From Octopus sinensis (taxonomy: Eukaryota): a stretch of DNA of 34,451 nucleotides. Where the stretch lies: positions 1 through 34,451 of the forward strand of contig NW_021831900.1 in the NCBI RefSeq assembly GCF_006345805.1, read 5' to 3'. Below are positions 30,230 through 34,451 of the stretch, in pieces. Each line of letters starts with the position of its first letter. Positions within the stretch are counted from its first letter, which is position 1. A program made the translations under genes and the position numbers. The notes under the pieces are model-generated. The model saw nothing but the letters and a program-made list of their open reading frames with translations, made no database searches and was not told where the DNA came from.

Positions 30230-30408
30230 AAACATGAAAACACAAAGAGAAAACACAACAACGCGAGGACGTGGAACAAGTATAGTATTATTGGATGCTC
30301 GGAAAGGAAGGGAAGAAGGAGGGTTTTACGTTTCGAGCAGAGCTCTTCGTCAGAAACATAGGAAAAGGAAAGATCCAGAGAAGGGAAGACGGAGGGAAAA
30401 AAAATCGT
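30230..30408 (-). mobile_element. Short Penelope-like terminal fragment carrying a hammerhead motif
   Basis: Strand-asymmetric 180-bp insert at the 5' tip of a SINE; contains the ribozyme motif at 30323-30357. Confidence 0.55.
30323..30357 (-). ncRNA. Minimal type I hammerhead ribozyme
   Basis: GUUU-CUGACGA-A-GAGC-UCU-GCUC-GAAA-C-GUA-AAAC: intact core, 4-bp stem I, 4-bp stem II, loopless palindromic stem III (ACGU), GUA site. Confidence 0.8.
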
Positions 30409-30434
30409 CTGGCACCTGTGCACACACACACACA

Positions 30435-30592
30435 CACACATATATATACATATATATGACAGGCTTCTTTCAGTTTCCGTCTACCAAATCCACTCACAAG
30501 GCATTGGTCGGCCCGGGGCTATAGCAGAAGACACTTGCCCAAGATGCCACGCAGTGGGACTGAACCCAGAACCATGTGGTTGGTAAGCAAGC
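30435..30592 (-). mobile_element. CORE-type SINE 5' half
   Basis: cttctttcagtttccgtctaccaaatcc...gacacttgcccaagatgccacgcagtgggactgaacc. Confidence 0.85.
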
Positions 30593-30846
30593 TAGAGGCA
30601 GATAAACATAAGTAGACTTAGAGTATGTATTTGCATGGAATACAAAATGCAGATTATGGGATAAAGAAAACAAAAGGAATTATACAAAAGTGTTATCTCT
30701 ATGCCGAGGCACTAACCCGAGAAGAGGTTCGAGTTGAAGTCCTCACTCACCCGAGCACTACTCTTATCTATGCCACATTTACTTTGCATTCTCCTCCACA
30801 ATGCGTGTGAGGGGGTACAGTTATGTATTCGAATATAGGTACATAC

Positions 30847-30921
30847 CCACTGAAGAAAGTCTGTACTGGATATGACAGCCAAAGCAGTCGCTGATCAAAG
30901 GTTTGCTTGATTAAGTGTATC
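30847..30921 (-). CDS. Candidate internal exon (75 nt), product unknown
   Basis: Acceptor ttgttctttatcaccag|G, donor TGG|gtatgt; only one frame open: xIHLIKQTFDQRLLWLSYPVQTFFSG (phase 2-2). Confidence 0.3.
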
Positions 30922-31069
30922 CTGGTGATAAAGAACAACAGCCGACACCTGAGGCTCTCAGGTGATACCCGTGAGGGACTGTCACTTGCACTCACCAACA
31001 AACAGACACCACAAGGAATTACATCTCAAATTCCAAACTTTGATCCTCAACAGTCTAACAACACCCACA

Positions 31070-31106
31070 ACATATATATACACAGACATACACATTATAT
31101 ACACAC

Positions 31107-31154
<48 letters not shown>

Positions 31155-31613
31155 AATCAACACACAAATATATATATATACATACACAATATAGATATAT
31201 AGATATATATATACATACATACAACCATCCTACCTATATATTACATACACACACATACGATTATATTTATATACAACACATACACACCACAATATATATA
31301 TATATATTAAACACATACAAACTATATATATACACACACAGACACACACATACTAATATATTATATATATATATATATATTATATTACACACACACACAA
31401 ATATATATATATACTACACAATATCGATATAGATATATATATACATACATACAAACATACCTACCTATATATACATACACACACACATACGATATATTTA
31501 TATACAACACACATACACACCAACAATATATATATATATTATATATATACACACTATATATATATATATAAACACATACAAACTATATATAATACACACA
31601 CAGAAACACACAT

Positions 31614-31652
<39 letters not shown>

Positions 31653-31786
31653 AATACTATATATATATATATATATATATAATACACACACACACACATA
31701 CTATATCATAAATACTCACACACACATACTATATACATAAATACTCACACACACAATATATATATATATATACACATACACACGCA

Positions 31787-31830
<44 letters not shown>
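31070..31830. repeat. Compound AT/AC microsatellite with an internal ~235-bp duplication
   Basis: gatatagatatatatacatacataca..cctacctatat occurs near 31197 and 31428. Confidence 0.9.
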
Positions 31831-31917
31831 TTATATATACACCCACAACCTTCCCCTCTGAGTGCAATATAGATTGTATGTCGGTGTGTGTGTATGTATG
31901 TATACATATATATATAC

Positions 31918-31951
<34 letters not shown>

Positions 31952-32744
31952 ATACATTAACATGCCCTATATACTTTAATCTTATCAGTCATTTATTACA
32001 TCTCCCTCCTCAGGTTTTCTTTTGTCTCACATCAAATCTGAGAAAAACATTTTGGACTCTTCTCCTCCTCTCCTTACTCTTTATCTCTCAAGACTCTGTT
32101 CCATAAAACTGAAGTGAAGTGTACGTGCACATACATATACATACATACGTGTGTATATATGTTGGAATGATTTTCATAAATACACACACACACACACATA
32201 TACACAACCCCTATCTTATCTGTTATCTTTCTCGATGTCCTCTCATATCTACCAGTCATAACACACCTCCTATTGCCCTTTACGTATCCCTATATCTCCC
32301 TTTTCACTGCTTCTACACCTTCCAGATCATTCTACTACCTTCTGATCTATTCCCCTTAAATCCACCCCCAATATCACCCACCTTATCCCTCTATAGACTG
32401 GTTTTTCCATCATCTGTACACCCCACCCCTACCTCTTTACAGCCTCATCACTCTCTTATGTAAGCATCCACTCTCTCGTCCCTTCCCATCATCCACTTTC
32501 CATGTCCCCTCTTCCATTCACCTTCTTGTTCCCTGAGAGTCTGCTCTGGCACCCATCACCACCTTCCCCTCATCTCCTTCAGAGCAAGACCCCCTCTGCA
32601 TATCCCTCATTCATACTTTAGCCTTTTGACACTTGGCATAAGGCCACCACCTCCACATACACCTATCTAATAACCCCCCCCCAATAGTGGGAGATTTCTC
32701 CTTTTATTTCCTCTTCTCTGTTCTTTTCTGTCTTGCAAATTACA

Positions 32745-32916
32745 TGGCAACCTCACCGGTGCGGGTGCCACATAAAAAGCACCCAGTACACTCTATAAAA
32801 CAGTTGAGATTAGAAAGAGTATCCAGCTGTAGAGACCAAGTCTAACACAGCCTTGCAATTTGTCAGTTCCCTATCAAACCATCCAACTAGCATGAAAAAT
32901 GGACAAATGATGATGA
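32745..32916 (+). mobile_element. RTE-type-tail SINE fragment
   Basis: ggtgccacataaaaagcaccc...atccagctgtagag...catgaaaaatggacaaatgatgatg. Confidence 0.7.
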
Positions 32917-32925
32917 TATATATAT

Positions 32926-33336
32926 AGGAGTGGCTGTGTGGTAAGTAGCTTGCTCACCAACCACATGGTTCCGGGTTCAGTCCTACTGCATGGCACCTTG
33001 GGCAAGTGTCTTCTACTATAGCTTTGGGCCAACCAAAGCCTTGTGAGTGGATTTGGTAGACGGAAACTGAAAGAAGCTTGTTGTATATATGTATATATAT
33101 GTGTGTGTGTGTGTATGTTTGTGTGTCTGTGTTTGTCCCCCCAACATCGCTTGACAACCGATGCTGGTGTGTTTACGTCCCTGTAACTTGGCAGTTCGGC
33201 AAAAGAGGCCGATAGAATAAGTACTAGGCTTGCAAAGAATAAGTCTTGGGGTGATTTGCTTGACTAAAGGTGGTGCTCCAGCATGGCCACAGTCAAATGA
33301 CTGAAACAAGTAAAAGACTAAAAGAGACTAAAGAGT
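32926..33336 (+). mobile_element. Full-length CORE-type SINE
   Basis: As at 11130. Confidence 0.9.
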
Positions 33337-33515
33337 ACATATTTATATATATATATATATATACACACACGCACACCATATATATATACACACACACACA
33401 CACATATATATATATACACACACACACACAAACATATTATACATACAAACATATATACTGACATACATACACATACACAAAAAAACAAATATGTACATAA
33501 TTACACACACACACA

Positions 33516-33553
<38 letters not shown>

Positions 33554-34047
33554 TATACATATGTGTGTGTGTGTGTGTAGTAAAATCCCACCCAAGTTGC
33601 TCTTCACAATAAAATTGATGACTGACTCCAACCTTCATTTGTTATTCTTTAAAGTGCTTTAAAATAACATCGCTTTTAACATTTACAGTACATACATTAT
33701 GTATGTATCTATGTATATGTATGTAAATATATGGAAATGTGAGTGCGTATGTCAGTGCATGTGTGTGCGTGAGCACAAGCGCATATGGGTGTGTATGTAT
33801 TTATGTATGTGTGTATATATGGTGTTTCTGGGTGAATAAATTTCAACAAGTGAAAGCACTAAATTTACTTGGAAGCATAGAATGGTCTTTGTACCGTTTA
33901 TGCAAATTTCAGTGCCATAGAAACACACACACACACACACACACACCACACACACAGTCTGCCATTGTAACACACAGCCAAGCAATATCTTCTGAATAAA
34001 TATAGCCATTTAAAATTGAAGAAAGCCTATTGTGTGTGGGTGTGTGA

Positions 34048-34084
<37 letters not shown>

Positions 34085-34088
<4 letters not shown>

Positions 34089-34250
34089 CATTTCTATGCT
34101 GGCATGGATGGATTGGATGCTTCAACAGGAGCAAGAAAGCCAGCAGATGGTGCCAAGCGCCAGCGTCTACTTCCCCATGGTTTCTATCGCTGAATGCCCT
34201 CCCTAATGCAGAGAGTACAGGGTGGTTTTTTACAGGGCACCAGCAACAGT
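34085..34250 (-). mobile_element. RTE-type-tail SINE fragment
   Basis: tgtccatttctatgctggcatgg...tgaatgccctccctaatgc. Confidence 0.6.
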
Positions 34251-34384
34251 GAAGTGACCAAAGGAACTTTACAAGCCCCAGAACTCTTCAGACAAGGAAT
34301 CAGAGGAATATATTAAAGGGGGTGGCATTCTACTTGATGATGGGAGGTTAAAGTGCGAGGCGGGGAGAGAGGAACAGGTGGTAT

Positions 34385-34451
34385 CAGGAGTGGCTGTGTG
34401 GTAAGTAGCTTGCTTACCAACCACACAGTTCCGGGTTCAGTCCCACTGTAT
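34385..34451 (+). mobile_element. CORE-type SINE head cut by the window end
   Basis: caggagtggctgtgtggtaagtagcttgcttaccaaccac...ggttcagtcccactg. Confidence 0.85.

Noticed and set aside
32210-32745. Pyrimidine-rich stretch possibly from an old LINE
   Set aside because: No motif could be recovered with confidence.

Overview
Eukaryotic, repeat-saturated non-coding DNA. The SINE, LINE and MITE families look like those of octopus/cephalopod genomes (recognised from memory, not a database search). No complete gene, RNA gene or CRISPR array is supported. Nearly all long ORFs in the track are translations of (AT)n, (AC)n, (CT)n, (TAG/CAG)n or GA-rich minisatellites. The window holds many tRNA-derived SINEs, often nested with clear TSDs, and a Tigger/pogo transposase relic split by SINEs. 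It also holds CR1-type and RTE-type LINE 3' ends, piggyBac-type MITEs, a mariner-derived palindrome and a tandem Helitron-like array. Most notable are two type I hammerhead ribozyme motifs on the minus strand: a minimal one at 30323-30357, and one with a 109-nt stem II inside an inverted-repeat-bounded element at 27506-28174. A few splice-site-bounded candidate exons (best 9421-9516, minus strand) suggest the window may be intronic, but no gene could be named.
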